From: Octopus sinensis
Lineage: Eukaryota
Direction of reading: 5' to 3'
DNA length: 64,000 nt
NCBI RefSeq assembly: GCF_006345805.1
Contig: NC_043013.1
Span: 31,744,001 to 31,808,000 of the forward strand
The position numbers and the translations under genes were made by a program. Under the pieces are notes generated by a model. That model was not told where the DNA came from, did not search any database, and was given only the letters and a program-made list of their open reading frames with translations. Every line of letters begins with the position of its first letter. Position 1 is the stretch's first letter. This document shows positions 13,060 through 26,524 of the stretch, piece after piece.

Positions 13060-14420
13060 CTTAAAATCCTTAAAAATGTTTTAGCCCGAAGGCCGCGGCC
13101 ATGCTGGGGCACCACCGCTGAATGAGCCACACTAGTTTGTGAATCCACCTCTGATACGTGGCACTTGATCAACAAGGGAGTTCGATGCTGCTGCCCGCAT
13201 CCGCGTCTCCTGTCGTGAGGTAGGTTCATCTGGGACTTCCAACAAGAAGAGATCCAGTTTAGTTTTAAGAAACCCACATCCACACCATGTAAGTCTCTCA
13301 GGCATTTAGGGAGGATGTTGAAAAGCTGTGGTCCTCTGAAACCCAAGCTGTTGCAGTATCTGGACCTGTATTTTGATGGTGATGTTGGAATCCTTGGCAC
13401 CACGCAGCGGCGCCCCGTTCTGCGGTTGGAGTAACTTTGAATGCCAAAGTTTGGGATAAGACCCTCCAGGATTTTCCAGATGTATATTACTGCATATCTC
13501 TCCCGCCTCCGCTCCAGGGAGAAGAGGTTTAATACACTCAGTCTTTCCCAGTAGCTGACATTTTGCATTGAGACGATTTTCTTTGTGTAGCTTCTCTGAG
13601 TTGCTTCGAGTTCTGCTGTTTGTTTTATATTGTGTGGTGACCAAAGTTGGGAGCAGTAGTCCAAGCGGCTGAGGACAAATGTTTTCCATAGGACCATCAG
13701 TGTCTCCTTCTCTCTTGTTCTGAAAGTTCGGAGAATCCATCCAGCTAGCCGTCTGCATTTTATCACCAGATTAGCAATATGCATTTGGAAAGATGCATCA
13801 TTGCTCATGTCAATGCCCAGGTCACGCACTGATTTTGACTCAGGGATTGCAATTCTTCCTGGGCCAGTGTATCCAGTCTTCACGTCATTTACCTTTGTGT
13901 GCCAGTAGCGCAGGGCCTGGAACTTACCTGCATTAACTGCATGTTGTTGTCCTCAGCCCACCTGTATATTGTGTCCAGCTCATGTTGCAGATGCGCAATA
14001 TTTTCAGGGTTCTGTATTGCGTGGGAGACCTTTGTGTCATCTGCATAGCTAGCAAGGGTGGTCATTGTAGCAACTGAAGGCATGTCTGAAAGGGCCACTA
14101 TGAACATCAGTGGCCCCAAGACAGTGCCCTGTGGGACACCGCTTGTTATTTGCGTTTCCCTGGAGGTGGCTCCATTGCTCACAACTGCCTGTTTTCTGTC
14201 TTTTAGGAAGTTGTGCAGCCACTCTCCAAGTTTCCCGCCTATGCCGAGACCACGCAGTTTATGACAGATCATACCATGGTCGACTTTATCAAAGGCTTTT
14301 GCAAAGTCAAGATATATTACATCCACATTTGAGCCATTTAGTAGCTGTTTCAACACCCAGTCATAGTGCTGCAGGAGCTGTGTTAGGCAGCCTCTACCTG
14401 GTCGAAATCCATGCTGGGTG
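13060..14420 (-). mobile_element. CR1/L2-like LINE, 5'-truncated, RT pseudo-ORF with a frameshift near 13900
   Basis: QHGFRPGRGCLTQLL, YLDFAKAFDKVDH, SGVPQGTVLGPLMF and YADD (ORF 13889..14530) continue in ORF 12936..13883; tail repeats TTTTAAGGA. Confidence 0.95.
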
Positions 14421-14823
14421 TCATATATACATGTATGTATATATGTATGTATGTATGTATATATGTATGTATGTATTGGAAATATACCACCAAAATACAC
14501 AAGAGAAAAACAAATGTGTGACAAAAACAATATTCTTTATCAAATGCCTGCTGGAATACATGTGTAATTTAAAGGAATATATCCATATATCATCTTTCGC
14601 GATAAATATGCAATCTGCACCTATTTCCGGACAGAATGATTATATCTACACCTATATTAAGGAGAGGAAACTGTCAGTATTGAAATATTTCAATACTGGA
14701 ATGTTACATAAGGACCTCCCAAATGAAATTTACGCTTTATCACATTGTGTAATTTTCTTTAATGTTAATTCTTTATAAATGATAATGATTGAAGACAATT
14801 GCTTTATTATCATTGCAATAAGC

Positions 14824-14945
14824 AAGGCGGCGACTTAGCTGAATCTTTAGCGCGACGAACAACCATTTCTCTTTACTTTCTGTGTTGAAATTCCGCGGTG
14901 GTCGATTTCGCCTTTCATCCATTCAAGATCGATAAAATATGTACC
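14824..14945 (+). mobile_element. SINE family A, degenerate
   Basis: GGCGGCGACTTAGCTGAATC...GTCGATTTCGCCTTTCATCC. Confidence 0.65.
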
Positions 14946-15002
14946 AATTTAAGGGATGGGTTCTGTCTATAGTAGAAAGGAACATCATTGCAATAATCAT
15001 AA

Positions 15003-15150
15003 TAATCCTTTATACTATAGGTAAAAGGCCTGAAATTTGGGCGGAGAAGACTAGACCATTAGTCCACCCCAGTGCTTCACTGGTACTTATTTTTATCGAC
15101 ACCGAAAGAATGAAAGACAAAGTCGACCTTGATGGAATTTGAACTCAAAA
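15003..15150 (-). mobile_element. SINE family A, 3' fragment
   Basis: CTGGTACTTATTTTTATCGACACCGAAAGAATGAAAGACAAAGTCGACC. Confidence 0.75.
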
Positions 15151-15199
15151 TTTATGATAGTAATTAAGCTTTCTTTTTTATTATTATTTCATTGGATAA

Positions 15200-15772
15200 G
15201 GTGGCGAGCTGGCAGAAACGTTAGCACACCGGATGAAATGCGTAGTGTTATTTGGACTGTTTTAACGTTCTGAGTTCAAATTCCGCCGAGGTCGATTTTG
15301 CATTTCATTCTTTCGGGGTCGATTAAATTAGTACCAGTTACGCACTGGGGTCGATATAATCGACTTAATCCGTTTGTCCTGTCTGTGTTTAGCCCCTTGT
15401 GGGTAGTAAAGAAATAGGTATTTCGTCTGCCGTTAGGTTCTGAGTTCAAATTCCGCCGAGGTCAAATTTGCCTTTCATCTATATCGGGGTCGATAAAATA
15501 CGTAGCAGTTACGCACTGGGGTTACTATAATCGGCTTAATCCGTTTGTCTCTCCTTGTTTTTCCTCTCTGTGTTTAGCTCCTTGTGGGTAGTAAAGAAAT
15601 AGGTATTTCGTCTGCCGTTAGGTTCTGAGTTCAAATTGAGCCGAGGTCGACTTTGCCTTTCATCCTTTCGGGGTCGTTAAAGTAAGCACTAGTCGAGTGC
15701 TGGGGTTGATATAATCGACTAGTCCCCTCCCCCCAAATTTCAGGCCTTGTGCCAATTGTCGAAAGGATTATT
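15200..15772 (+). mobile_element. SINE family A multimer (one head, three tandem bodies)
   Basis: GTTCTGAGTTCAAATT...GAGGTC...TCATC...GGGGTCG occurs three times; the first two bodies end in GTGGGTAGTAAAGAAATAGGTATTTCGTCTGCCG. Confidence 0.85.
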
Positions 15773-16689
15773 ATTTAATTGGAGGCAATTAAATGTCTGA
15801 TATTAAATGTTCGTATTTACAGTATTAAAAAAGAAAATGGGTACCTAGTATATATTTCAATAAATGAATGAAAAAAAAAGCGATAGTGTTGTGATCCGCC
15901 AGAAAGGGAAATCCCTCTAGAACCAATCGAAAAATCTAATCACGCAAGAACTCCCCTAATACACAGACAAGAGCACTTTCGAATTCCTGTTACCCGACTC
16001 ACAGGTCTATACTTTATGCAATGGCATCCACTCTTCTCTGTTTTGCAACCTTTCAATAAATTCAATCGCTGCCACACCTGCCCCACTCCCAACGTCATTT
16101 TCGTTTTCTAAGTAAAACTTGATAGACTCCAAAAGGGGTCTAGGTACATCCATTCGCTTCTATATTTCATTCTACAGATAGTATCATAACATAATATATG
16201 ACAATAAAATATGTATATGCAAAGTAAAGATTGAATTCAGTGTGTAAAACTGTAATGGTCCAGAACTCTTACAGTCAGTATTAATTTACACTAATGAACA
16301 CGTAGTTATATTCCACTTAATTATTTTAAAACATTCAATATTTGTTTAAATTAGAATGTGTCGACGAATGTGACCAATCTGGTTCAGAAAAAGCAAAAGA
16401 GAAAACGGGAAAGGTGTTGCAGCCAAAGCTTTCGGGAAATCTTTGTTGTACACGTACTGCAAAGAGACACATACTCCCCATTCTAATTCTGTCTGGCACG
16501 GCATGTTTTAGCAACGTATTAAACCAGATATTACCTAGATACAAATGCAATGAAAGGACAATCAGCCATCTTCGTTATATAGTCGACCTCACGTAACAGA
16601 AGACAGATAGAATCTGATTCTATATGCAGTGCTTTTACGGATTCTGGTCCTATATACAGTGCTTCTACTGTAGGAACTGATATGAGATG

Positions 16690-17480
16690 CACCAAGGCAA
16701 CTACAAAGACAGAAAAGTTAAGAACGCTGATCTGATACTAATTCAAGAAACATATACCAAATAATTAGGCTAAAATGAATTTTACAAGAAAGAATACTAT
16801 GAAATAGAGAGACGAACATACACAAAAACGGAAATATAGGGAATATTAAATACGATTTAGCTTCGAATGAACACAGTATAAATACAAAGATTAAGGCAAT
16901 TTGTAAGGACAGTTTAAATCTCCTGGTATAACATTAATATTTTTAACTAGAAGATGAATTCTTTACAAAACTGGAAAATAAAGATTGTCTTAAGAATAAA
17001 CTACACAAAATCTTACAATCAAAAAAATATTTACCAAAATTGTGGGAGGTAGCAGAAGATAACAAAGGAAAAAGTCCTTATAAAATATCCTTCAAGGGAA
17101 TGCAAAAACAACAGGGGAGAAAATTTTTGTTTTTAAATGTATAGAAAGCTGCAAAGTATGAGCTAAACTGTAGATGGTTGGCTTTTTTGAAAGAGGCCAG
17201 TAATTTTATAACAAATCCAAGAGACGTCAAGCAAACACAACATATATGAAATGCTTAAAATTAAGCTAAAATGCAGATACGGATTACATTATTATAGCAA
17301 TGGTGACAAATATTTTTAGCAAATTAAAGGCAAAATCGCAGAAATGTAGAATGGAACTCAGTGTTGAGACAGAAGTATTGATTATTGCGATGCAAGTTCA
17401 TACTTAATGATGTTGTTTAGAAGAAAATGTTACGTAACTACAGAAAATAAGCAATAAGGGAAGAAAGTATTCATTACGTT
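16690..17480 (+). mobile_element. Possible highly decayed APE-type LINE fragment
   Basis: GATCTGATACTAATTCAAGAAACA = DLILIQET (endonuclease motif I-like) at 16729; A-rich, many stops. Confidence 0.3.
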
Positions 17481-19601
17481 GTCTCTAATTGTCCAAAAAA
17501 GGTGCTTTTGCACGCCAAAAATTATACCAGCATTATGACAGATTTTGCTGCCGTGGAGTGGGAAAGATTTTACTTGTGAAAGTAACCAAAGTATAGACCT
17601 GTATTCAGTTGTCCTCCCTCCCCCTCTCTCTATCTATCTATCTCTTGCGTACCCGCTAACACGATTAGCATGATATGTGGATATTTTCTTGTGAGAGGTA
17701 AAAATCATTGAAAACGCTTTAAGGGAAAGGGCTGCAAATGAACGAGTAATGTTTTAAGGTTGACAATGATTTCATAGAATAGATAAATCAAAATAGCATA
17801 AAGATTTCAAATTCCATAGAGGGCGTATTTCTTCAACTTAGGAATAGATAAAATGGATGCACAGTGTGTCCATAAATTATGGCTTCGAATTTAGTAACAA
17901 AGCCAGCAATTTTAGTCATCTAGTTATTCGATAGTATAGACTTTAGAATTTGATTTGGCCATTATATTATCGTCCCAGTAGGACGAATGAAATGTTAGGT
18001 TGACCTCGGCGTGATTGGAAATCGGATTCTACAGAGCGAGAATAAATTATCCAAAGCATTTCTCCAAAGCTAAAACAGAATGGTGACCAGATTCTATGAG
18101 ATCTAGTGTCAGTTTTATGTTTATTTAATCTGAAAAAAAAAAGCAAAAGAGAGAATGACGTAAATTTCTCTTAATTGGGCTATAGAGACATTTAAGATGT
18201 CAAATGTTGAAAGGAAGCTTATAATTAAATATCAAATGAAATTAGGAATATAGTAGGACAAGTCTGTGTTCCTTCCTTTATCCCCAACTCTGCTATTAAT
18301 TCGATATTGTTAAATACACGAATGAAATATTTTGCGAACCGCATATTGTTATCGTAACAGCATCCACAGACGAGTTATATTGGCACACATCACGCAACCT
18401 ATTTTATTCAATAGCAACGAAGGAATTCTATTCATGTGCATATCAATAATCTCAGAAAACATCAAAGACACTGATTTTGACAAAGCAGAACATAGAAAAA
18501 GAACAACTGGCTATTAGATTTCCAGATTAACGATAAATTATGCTTCACGGATTTCATGAGATAATATTTCTCATGTTCCACTAACGGACATATATTCTCA
18601 GGGAACAAATGTTATCAGTATCAAAGCAAATAGTTTAGAAGTACACTATTAACTTCCCTTCAAAAAGTAAACTACAAATGACCAAAGGCTCATTTATCTA
18701 TTTGTGTTTATAGTATGAAAGCCACCCTTATTTTCAAAGCACTCAAAATGCTACAAGCGCATCACTTTCCCTTTTTATTCAAATGCTGTTTTCTTCAGAA
18801 ATTCAAAATATGACAGGTTGAGTAGCTACGATATATACTGTAAGCAACGCTGCATTCTGGTTTATTCTCCAGTGCTCTCACGAAATTATTTTAAGAAGCA
18901 ACATGTAAATGTCACTTAAAGGGATATTGAATTGCTATTTGTAATGATGTTTCTGTAAAGGGTATCTGCTTTAGATCCAACCTAAATGTTGTAATAGTCA
19001 AACGACATAATAGGAATAGTCGCCAAGTCTCACCAGATGTCACACAACTCTAACTCAAAAGAAAGTGGTCTCCATTCCATACACAGCAAAAACCACAGTT
19101 TTGCTGCTGTTACAAGACAAAGATGACCAATCTAATCTTGGTCACCTGACGAAAAGCAAAATTCTCGGCAATGGAATGATAGTGCCTCTTTGTCCATCAA
19201 ATGCATCAACTAATTCTCAAAAGGCAGATTGACATATCTCTATCTCACTAAGATAGAGGTCCCACCTTATGCACCTCAAAAATGAAGAATTACAAAAGCT
19301 CCGGTCATTGTTTCAAGTGAAGCGTAAGTCTAGTCTTCAAAACTACGAATGAAGAGGGACAAGTCTCTTTGGTCAAATATCCGTTCAAAAATGATTGCTC
19401 AATAGGCTTGATAACAGGATATTGTTCAGATTTTGACTTGCCTCACAGACACTGAATAGGCGCAGGAAACATATTTTCAAAAGTAAAATTGTATGAAATA
19501 AAATGTGCCAAACTCCCCCCAAAAAAATTTTCTAGTAAGTAACTAGAGAAGGATTTTCATGGGATCCTCATAATGAAATTGCAGAGATTTGTCATAAAAT
19601 A

Positions 19602-19666
19602 CCAGCATCGGTTGTCAAGCGATGTTGGGGGTACAAACACAGACACACACACGTATACACACGCAT

Positions 19667-19721
<55 letters not shown>

Positions 19722-19888
19722 CATACGATGGGTTTATTTCAGTTTCCGTCTACCAAATCCAGTCACAAGGCTTTGGTCGGCCCGAGACTATATTAAAAGA
19801 CACTTGCCCAAGGTACCACGCAGTGGGACTGAACCCAGAACCATGTGGTTGGTAAGAAAGCTACTTACCACACAGCCACTCCTGCACC
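19602..19888 (-). mobile_element. SINE family B, 5' two-thirds
   Basis: Reverse complement of the 11867-12115 head and body. Confidence 0.85.
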
Positions 19889-20600
19889 TATTGTATGTCG
19901 AAAATCTTTGTATAGTCCTGAAAATCTTTGTATAGTCCTGGCCAATAAGCGATGTCTTAATAGTTATATTAGCTTTTACAAGTCTTCTATTATCCTTCAA
20001 AATGTTTGGTCCTATTTTCGAGTTCACTGACGCGTGCTGCTTTTGTTTGGCTTATAAGCTTTATTTTTTTCAGTTGGTTCATTGATTTCACTTACATTTT
20101 TTCATATCTTCTTTACAGATTCTTAACTTTTGGTATACTAACATTTTATTTTTACCTTGACGTTCTTCAACGTTTCAATATCAGATTTGAATATGCTATG
20201 CTAATTGTATTTATAATTCCCTCTTGCGACGCTGGTTTCTTGTTCATATATTGAATCTCTCTGTTTCATTGTATGATACACAGTGCAGTGGTTATTGAAG
20301 CTGAAGAAACAGTAGATTATTCAGTGAGTTGAATTCGATTTCATTTACCATCTACATAGAATTCATTATCCCATTTACCTTGTCTCTTAATCTATCATTT
20401 TATTTTCAGCTATAAATCTTGGGAAGGTCATTGTGATCTTTCAGGTTGATATCTTTGAGCTTGAACCACTCTGAGAGAATTCTTGTTTTGGGATTGTGAA
20501 ATTCAGTGTCAGCGTTTCTACTTCCAGGATCGCCTTGTGCAATTTCGTAAAGGCATTTGTCGGATTAGGTGGAGGGATATTTCATCTTGTAATTTCCAAA

Positions 20601-20820
20601 TGAACGATATTTCGACATCTCATGTGTCTCGTTCACTTGATGACAATGGCGCACTTCTGTTTTTTTTTTCTTTGCTTCTATATCTACTGGAAGAGTTACC
20701 TCAATCCTATACATATTAACCAAAATGAAGTAGATTGACACGTTTATTTTTTGAACTGGTGGAAGACACACGAGATGTTGAAATATCGTTCACATGCTGA
20801 CAATGGCACTCTTCTTTTTT
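20601..20820 (+). mobile_element. Small HHR-like element: 28-bp inverted piece plus 157-bp monomer with terminal repeat
   Basis: 20601-20628 is the reverse complement of 20765-20792; GTTCAC..TGACAATGGC recurs at 20631 and 20788. Confidence 0.5.
20754..20792 (+). ncRNA. Degenerate minimal hammerhead-like fold
   Basis: TGAAC-TGGTGGA-A-GACA(CACGAGA)TGTT-GAA-ATAT-C^GTTCA: helices I/II, GAAA and AUC are present, but the core deviates at positions 3, 4 and 6. Confidence 0.35.
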
Positions 20821-20821
20821 T

Positions 20822-20837
20822 GCTATTATTATTATTA

Positions 20838-20896
<59 letters not shown>

Positions 20897-20907
20897 GTTA
20901 TTATTGC

Positions 20908-20944
<37 letters not shown>

Positions 20945-20985
20945 TATTATTATTATCATTGTTGTTGTTGTTGTTATTATTGTTA

Positions 20986-21038
<53 letters not shown>

Positions 21039-21060
21039 GATTATTATTATTATTATCATT
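20822..21060. repeat. (TAT/TAA)n trinucleotide array
   Basis: Visible in the sequence. Confidence 0.95.
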
Positions 21061-21615
21061 GTGTGAGAGAGCAGTTCATGTCATCAAAGCGACACTGTAG
21101 TAAAATATACGTAGCTCAGTATACCCATCAGGACTCTCCGTCTGATAAGGGTACACTAGGCACATGCATCACAACCATATGTGCGCGACATGGTGATCTC
21201 ATATCAAGATAAACAGCACATGACCTTGCAGGTGGGGCCCAATTAGAATTTTCCACTGGTCAAGTAGCGCATTCCGCTCAAAAGGACCCTGAATAAGGAT
21301 TGTTTAACTATGTTGAACGAACCACCCATGTTTTCAAAGGTGAATTATCCAAACCTCTAAGAATTCCTTTCAACACACGGCTATGATATTCCCCCACTAC
21401 TTCTTCTCAGATCAGAGACGCATATATCGTCAGCCACTAAGGGGCATGCTCAACTGGTTAAGGTCAAATAACTGACAGGCAAATATGTGGTATTGAGCAG
21501 AACATTTGCTGTAGCCCATCTTTCATACCAAGACAAAACAATGTACATGATAACACTTCCAATCAGTTAAGATCAGAAGCCATGAGAGCCACTGCCTTGT
21601 ACTGCATCATAGCAT
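21060..21615 (-). mobile_element. Unclassified non-coding interspersed repeat within the (TAA)n array
   Basis: Flanked by (TAT)n on both sides; 21060-21212 recurs inverted at 22440-22595; strand inferred. Confidence 0.6.
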
Positions 21616-21622
21616 TTATTAC

Positions 21623-21666
<44 letters not shown>

Positions 21667-21699
21667 TATTATTATTATTATCATTATTATTATTATTTC

Positions 21700-22345
21700 T
21701 CTATATCACAGATTATGTTGGATCTCCTGGAGTCATAAACGGGTAGCTAATTTGCTACCTCCAGCCTACTGTACAATACTATCACCTAATACTTCCCTAA
21801 TTATCTGGTCGTGCCACGGAGGCAAAACGTCTACTGGGAACTCTATTCTAATTTGCTTCAAATTCCCTTTGAAGCCTTCTGGTACTGTTCCCCAGTCTCC
21901 AACATCAATTAACACTATCTTCACCTTTTTCACTTTCCATAGCCGGCCTATATCTAACTTAATAAGGTTGTATTTATCTATCTTTTCACCTTCCTTCTTG
22001 AATCTTCTGGGGTAAAAGGGGCATGCAGCATCTGCTATATAGCATATGTGGAGCACTTTGTCCACTATCACTAGGTCCAGTTAATTATGTTATAGCACCT
22101 GATCTGTTTGGATTGGGAAATCCTAGAAGATTTTGGTAATCTCCGACTCTGTCCCTCTCTACGGTTTGTGCTCATACCACGCCTTGCATCGCTCTAACCC
22201 CCACTTTTCGCACAGTTTCTAATGTAGTACTTTCGCTATCTGGTCGTGTCGCCACAACATGTAATCGTTTTGGGCAAGTCTGGAGCATTCGTTCGTGATA
22301 TGTGCAATGGTTCTTTTGTTCACACTATTCCAGAAGCTGCACGGC
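21700..22345 (-). mobile_element. R4/Dong-type RLE non-LTR retrotransposon, decayed 3' fragment
   Basis: Minus frame: PPCSFW...TIAHITNECSRLAQNDYMLWRHDQIAKVLH (zinc knuckle), WYEHKP, DFPIQTD and LVIVDK..CYIADAACPF...KIDKY (RLE); 3' end abuts (TAA)n. Confidence 0.85.
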
Positions 22346-22439
22346 GGAGACAATTGCTCATTCGTAAATTTGATTTTCTGAGCTGTTTAGAAGTAGATTA
22401 AAATTCTTTTAATATTTTCTCAAAATTTTCATACAAGTC

Positions 22440-22595
22440 TTCATCTTGATATGATATCCCCATATCACGCACACATGGTTGCGATGCATGTGCCTAGTGT
22501 ACCCTTATCAGACGGGGAGTCATGACGGGTATACTGAGCTTCGTATATTTTACCACACTGTCGCTTTGATGGCATGCACTGCTCTCTCACACAAT
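22440..22595 (+). mobile_element. Second fragment of the 21060-21615 repeat
   Basis: Reverse complement of 21060-21212. Confidence 0.7.
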
Positions 22596-22901
22596 ATACC
22601 ATATTGTGAAACAATTTTTATGACGATATTTTCATTATAAATGTAGTAAAATATATATGTTAAATATGGAAGTATAATATTCGAGCACTATTCTATGTTA
22701 TCACACAGTTCTTCAAAATAGGCATAAAAAGATTTCAAACTTATATTTTTCAATGCCCAGGCCATCGAATTGTAAAAACTTTCAAAAACAAAAGTAACAT
22801 TATTTAAAATGTATTTGGCAACAAGAAAAAATATAACAAGGTGTCCTCAGATCCAAGTGCTTTGTCATGCGAAAACATTTCCGAAGACCTGTCAGCCGTT
22901 A

Positions 22902-23407
22902 TCTATATATATAAAACTCTAGTTGTGTGAGTGTCTGTCCCCTCCAATTTAGATTCCTAACTCCTCCCACATTTTGCGGTGCAGTTTAACCAAATTCGGG
23001 TATCTTATAGTCGTGATTCATATCGAGCCCGTCTGACTATTAGCGCGCGTCAACGATGAGTCTACGATTTTAAAAATAATTTAACATCATTTTTTATTCC
23101 ATTTTAATGCATAAAATGCATCGTATGTCGATGGCGGCGGAGTTGGCGTCCACGCTCACAGCTGCACCTGTTTGCTTCTCCCCCTTCCCTCCCTCGTGAA
23201 GCTGTGGGGAAGGGAGTGTAAAGAAATCAACGTCGTAATGCGTTGTGAAGGAAACCAGCGTTCTTTTAGAACAACGACTTCATGGCTTGAAGACACCAAA
23301 ACAAAAATGGCTAAGAAAGCCCGAATTTATAGGGGAAGTAACTCTCTAAAAATGGTTATATAGTTATTTCCCTTACAAACCCGAGCAACGCCGGGCGATA
23401 CTGCTAG
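22902..23407 (+). mobile_element. Non-autonomous Helitron, copy 3 (506 bp, extra internal segment)
   Basis: A|TCTATATATATAAAAC...CCCGAGCAACGCCGGGCGATACTGCTAG|T. Confidence 0.9.
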
Positions 23408-25346
23408 TCTTTAATAAACATACTTTCATAGACACAATCACTTCACCTGAAATATTTGGTTGATAGCTGCAAAGCATAGCAGAACTTTTTCATGTAGCAG
23501 GTGTTTTTATGCTTCAATCTATTATCTAGTGACGCGAGACGGATGTGTGGTACGTCTAATCTTGTATATATCGACTCACACAATGTGACAATCCTACAAG
23601 ATACTGGAAATGTCTGGTGCTTAGAAAGAAAGAGGATGGAATATAATATGCACCATTTCTGAATCTGACAGGTGAAAACTTAAACATTAGGGGAGCATGC
23701 GAGAGAGAAGAGGAACAACGTGAGAGACGGTGAGACAGACAGACAGACAGACTGAGTTATCCATCAGCAGGAAAATCTGTTGAGCAAGCTACGCTGTAAT
23801 TCATGATATGAGTCAAATCACATGGATTTAAATCCAAATATCTTAAATACAATCTATATTGATCAATCAAGTGATATACGAAACGAATTTTTATAGATTG
23901 ACTCATTGGAGACGTTTAATGACTTCACAACCCTCTGAAAATATCAACCCAGAGATATTTTAAGTGGTGCAATTCACCAGTCAAGTTAAACCATCAGGAT
24001 TCCGATAACACATTCTTTACTAATGTGAAATGCAAAGTGTTTCTGTAAAACTTGGAACGGAAAAAGCATATGGTTTAAAATGACTTGGTATATCCTTATC
24101 AATGGAATGTGTTATAAATGGAATGTGTTATTGAGACCAGATTTGCTTCCTTGAAAATATTTCCTTCTCACACAATTCTATAAATTTTCTAACACCCTAG
24201 CTTGTTGCTAGGGTATTCTGCATATATTTAGCCAATAATTAAATAGAATCCGTTATTAAATCTGAGGGGAGTAAGTGGCAGATTGTCATTTATAATGAAA
24301 AACATGGCAAATTCAATGCAAATTCTCACGCAATAAACACATCCTTCTAGAGTATGGGTATAATTCAAATAAAATATATGCTTTCCTGCTCATAAGAAAT
24401 CCTTTTTCAAACAGACCATTCGTTTGTAAAATTCTTGACCCAATATTTAAATTAATATTTTATTTTTACCAGCAAAGCATTGCTAAAATTATACAAATGC
24501 AGTATGGATATATGAATGTATGTACGTACATATTTATGTATTTATGCGTTTATGTACACGCATAAATACATACATATGTTTTATATGTGTGTGTGCATGT
24601 GTGTATATGTATATATCTATCTGCATATATGTATGTGTATATATGTATGGGTATATATGTATATGTGAATGTATGTATATGTATACTTATATATATTTAA
24701 ATATATGCATACACGCTCAGAAAAAATAGCATATACGAAATGTATAAATGAAACCCAATGAATGTTATTCAAATCCGTAATTTTACTTCCGAATAAAAGG
24801 TTTCTTCAAGCGTTGCCAAGTAAAATAATACAAAATACAGATTGAGAAAAACTGAAATTACTGCCCTTCATAAAAGCTTTGCAAAATACGTGTGTCTCTT
24901 TTTGTTTGCATCTTTTTCTTGGACATTTTCCACATTCTTCTAACATATTACTCCTCTGGATATATTTTGAGCATATAAACTATCATACATACATAACGAA
25001 ACTCTTCTGTAGTCCCTAGATTCCTTCCTTTTGTAAGTGCACACTCAGGTTCTATGAGGGATTTGAAATAAAACTCACAAAAAGTATACAAAATACGAAA
25101 AATCAGCAAGATTGCTTAGAGAGGTTGGCTCTGTATGGATCAGAGACGCACCTATTTTTCTAAAATATTTATGCGCTTTAACTAATAAAGGCATATTCAA
25201 CACCGAAAGAGAAAATTACGCCCTTGTCCACATATAAATTTTTATCCAATAAGAATATTATTGGATCTATATATTAACAGTTGAATAAGCTATTTTGAAT
25301 ACCTGACTGACAGCAAACCGGTAAACGTTTAGAGAAATCCCTTACT

Positions 25347-25393
<47 letters not shown>

Positions 25394-25410
25394 ATATATA
25401 TATATATGAA

Positions 25411-25742
25411 GGCGCATGGCTCAGTGGTTAGAGCATCGAGCTTACGATCGTGTGGTTGTGAGCTCGAATCCCGGACCGGGCTGCGTGTTGTGTTCTTGAG
25501 CAAGGCACTTTATTTCACGTTGCTCCAGTTCACTCAGCTGCAGAAATGAGTTGCGACGTCACTCGTGCCAAGCTGTATCGACCTTTGTCTTTCCCTTGGA
25601 TAATACTGGTGGTGTGGAGAGGGGAGGCTGGTATGCATGGGCGACTGCTGGTCTTCCATAAACAACCTTGCCCGGACTTGTGTCTAGGAGGGTAACTTTC
25701 TAGGTGCAATCCCATGGTCATTCATGACCGAAGGGGGTCTTT
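25411..25742 (+). mobile_element. SINE family C, full length (tRNA-derived head)
   Basis: A-box TGGCTCAGTGG, B-box-like GCTCGAATCC, TTCTTGAGCAAGGCACTT central segment; lies between (TA)n tracts. Confidence 0.85.
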
Positions 25743-25798
<56 letters not shown>

Positions 25799-26245
25799 AT
25801 ATTATATATATATGTATATTTATATTATATATATATATGTATATATATATATACATACATATATACACATATATGAAAAAGGAACCATGTAGTTGCTTCT
25901 AGACCACATTATTCTGGGTTCAGTTTCACTGCGCGGCAAATTGGTCAAGTGTCATCTACTATACAAAACTAGTGGACGTGCAAACACCGATCTTGCAACA
26001 AGCAATTTAGCTAGTTAGAAAATCTCTATAGGAGATGAAAACAGTAACTATACTGAAAATTACTATTTGTAGCCTCTTAAACATGGCGGTTCCGTAGGAA
26101 CCGACATTACTGTTATATTCACCCCAGAAAGACGCCTCCTCCAGCTGGTTATTTGTTGTAATCTGCAACCGATATATATTGCAAGCAGGGGAGTAGGATT
26201 TTCTAAGTAGCTAATTTACTTGTTATATCTATCTATCTATCTACG

Positions 26246-26328
<83 letters not shown>

Positions 26329-26344
26329 TTATCTATCTATCCCA

Positions 26345-26391
<47 letters not shown>

Positions 26392-26431
26392 GTATGGATA
26401 CATGTAGATATGTATATATTTATATATACAT

Positions 26432-26498
<67 letters not shown>

Positions 26499-26524
26499 AT
26501 AATATATATATATATATGTTGTGT

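Noticed and set aside
20379-20560. Possible minus-strand exon ending at AAG|GTAAAT
   Set aside because: All three frames contain stops before the donor.
21370-21615. HDV-like ribozyme at the end of the 555-bp repeat (GCTATGAT/ATCATAGC pairing)
   Set aside because: An 8-bp pairing exists, but no P3/L3, P1.1 or J4/2 elements are in the required order.
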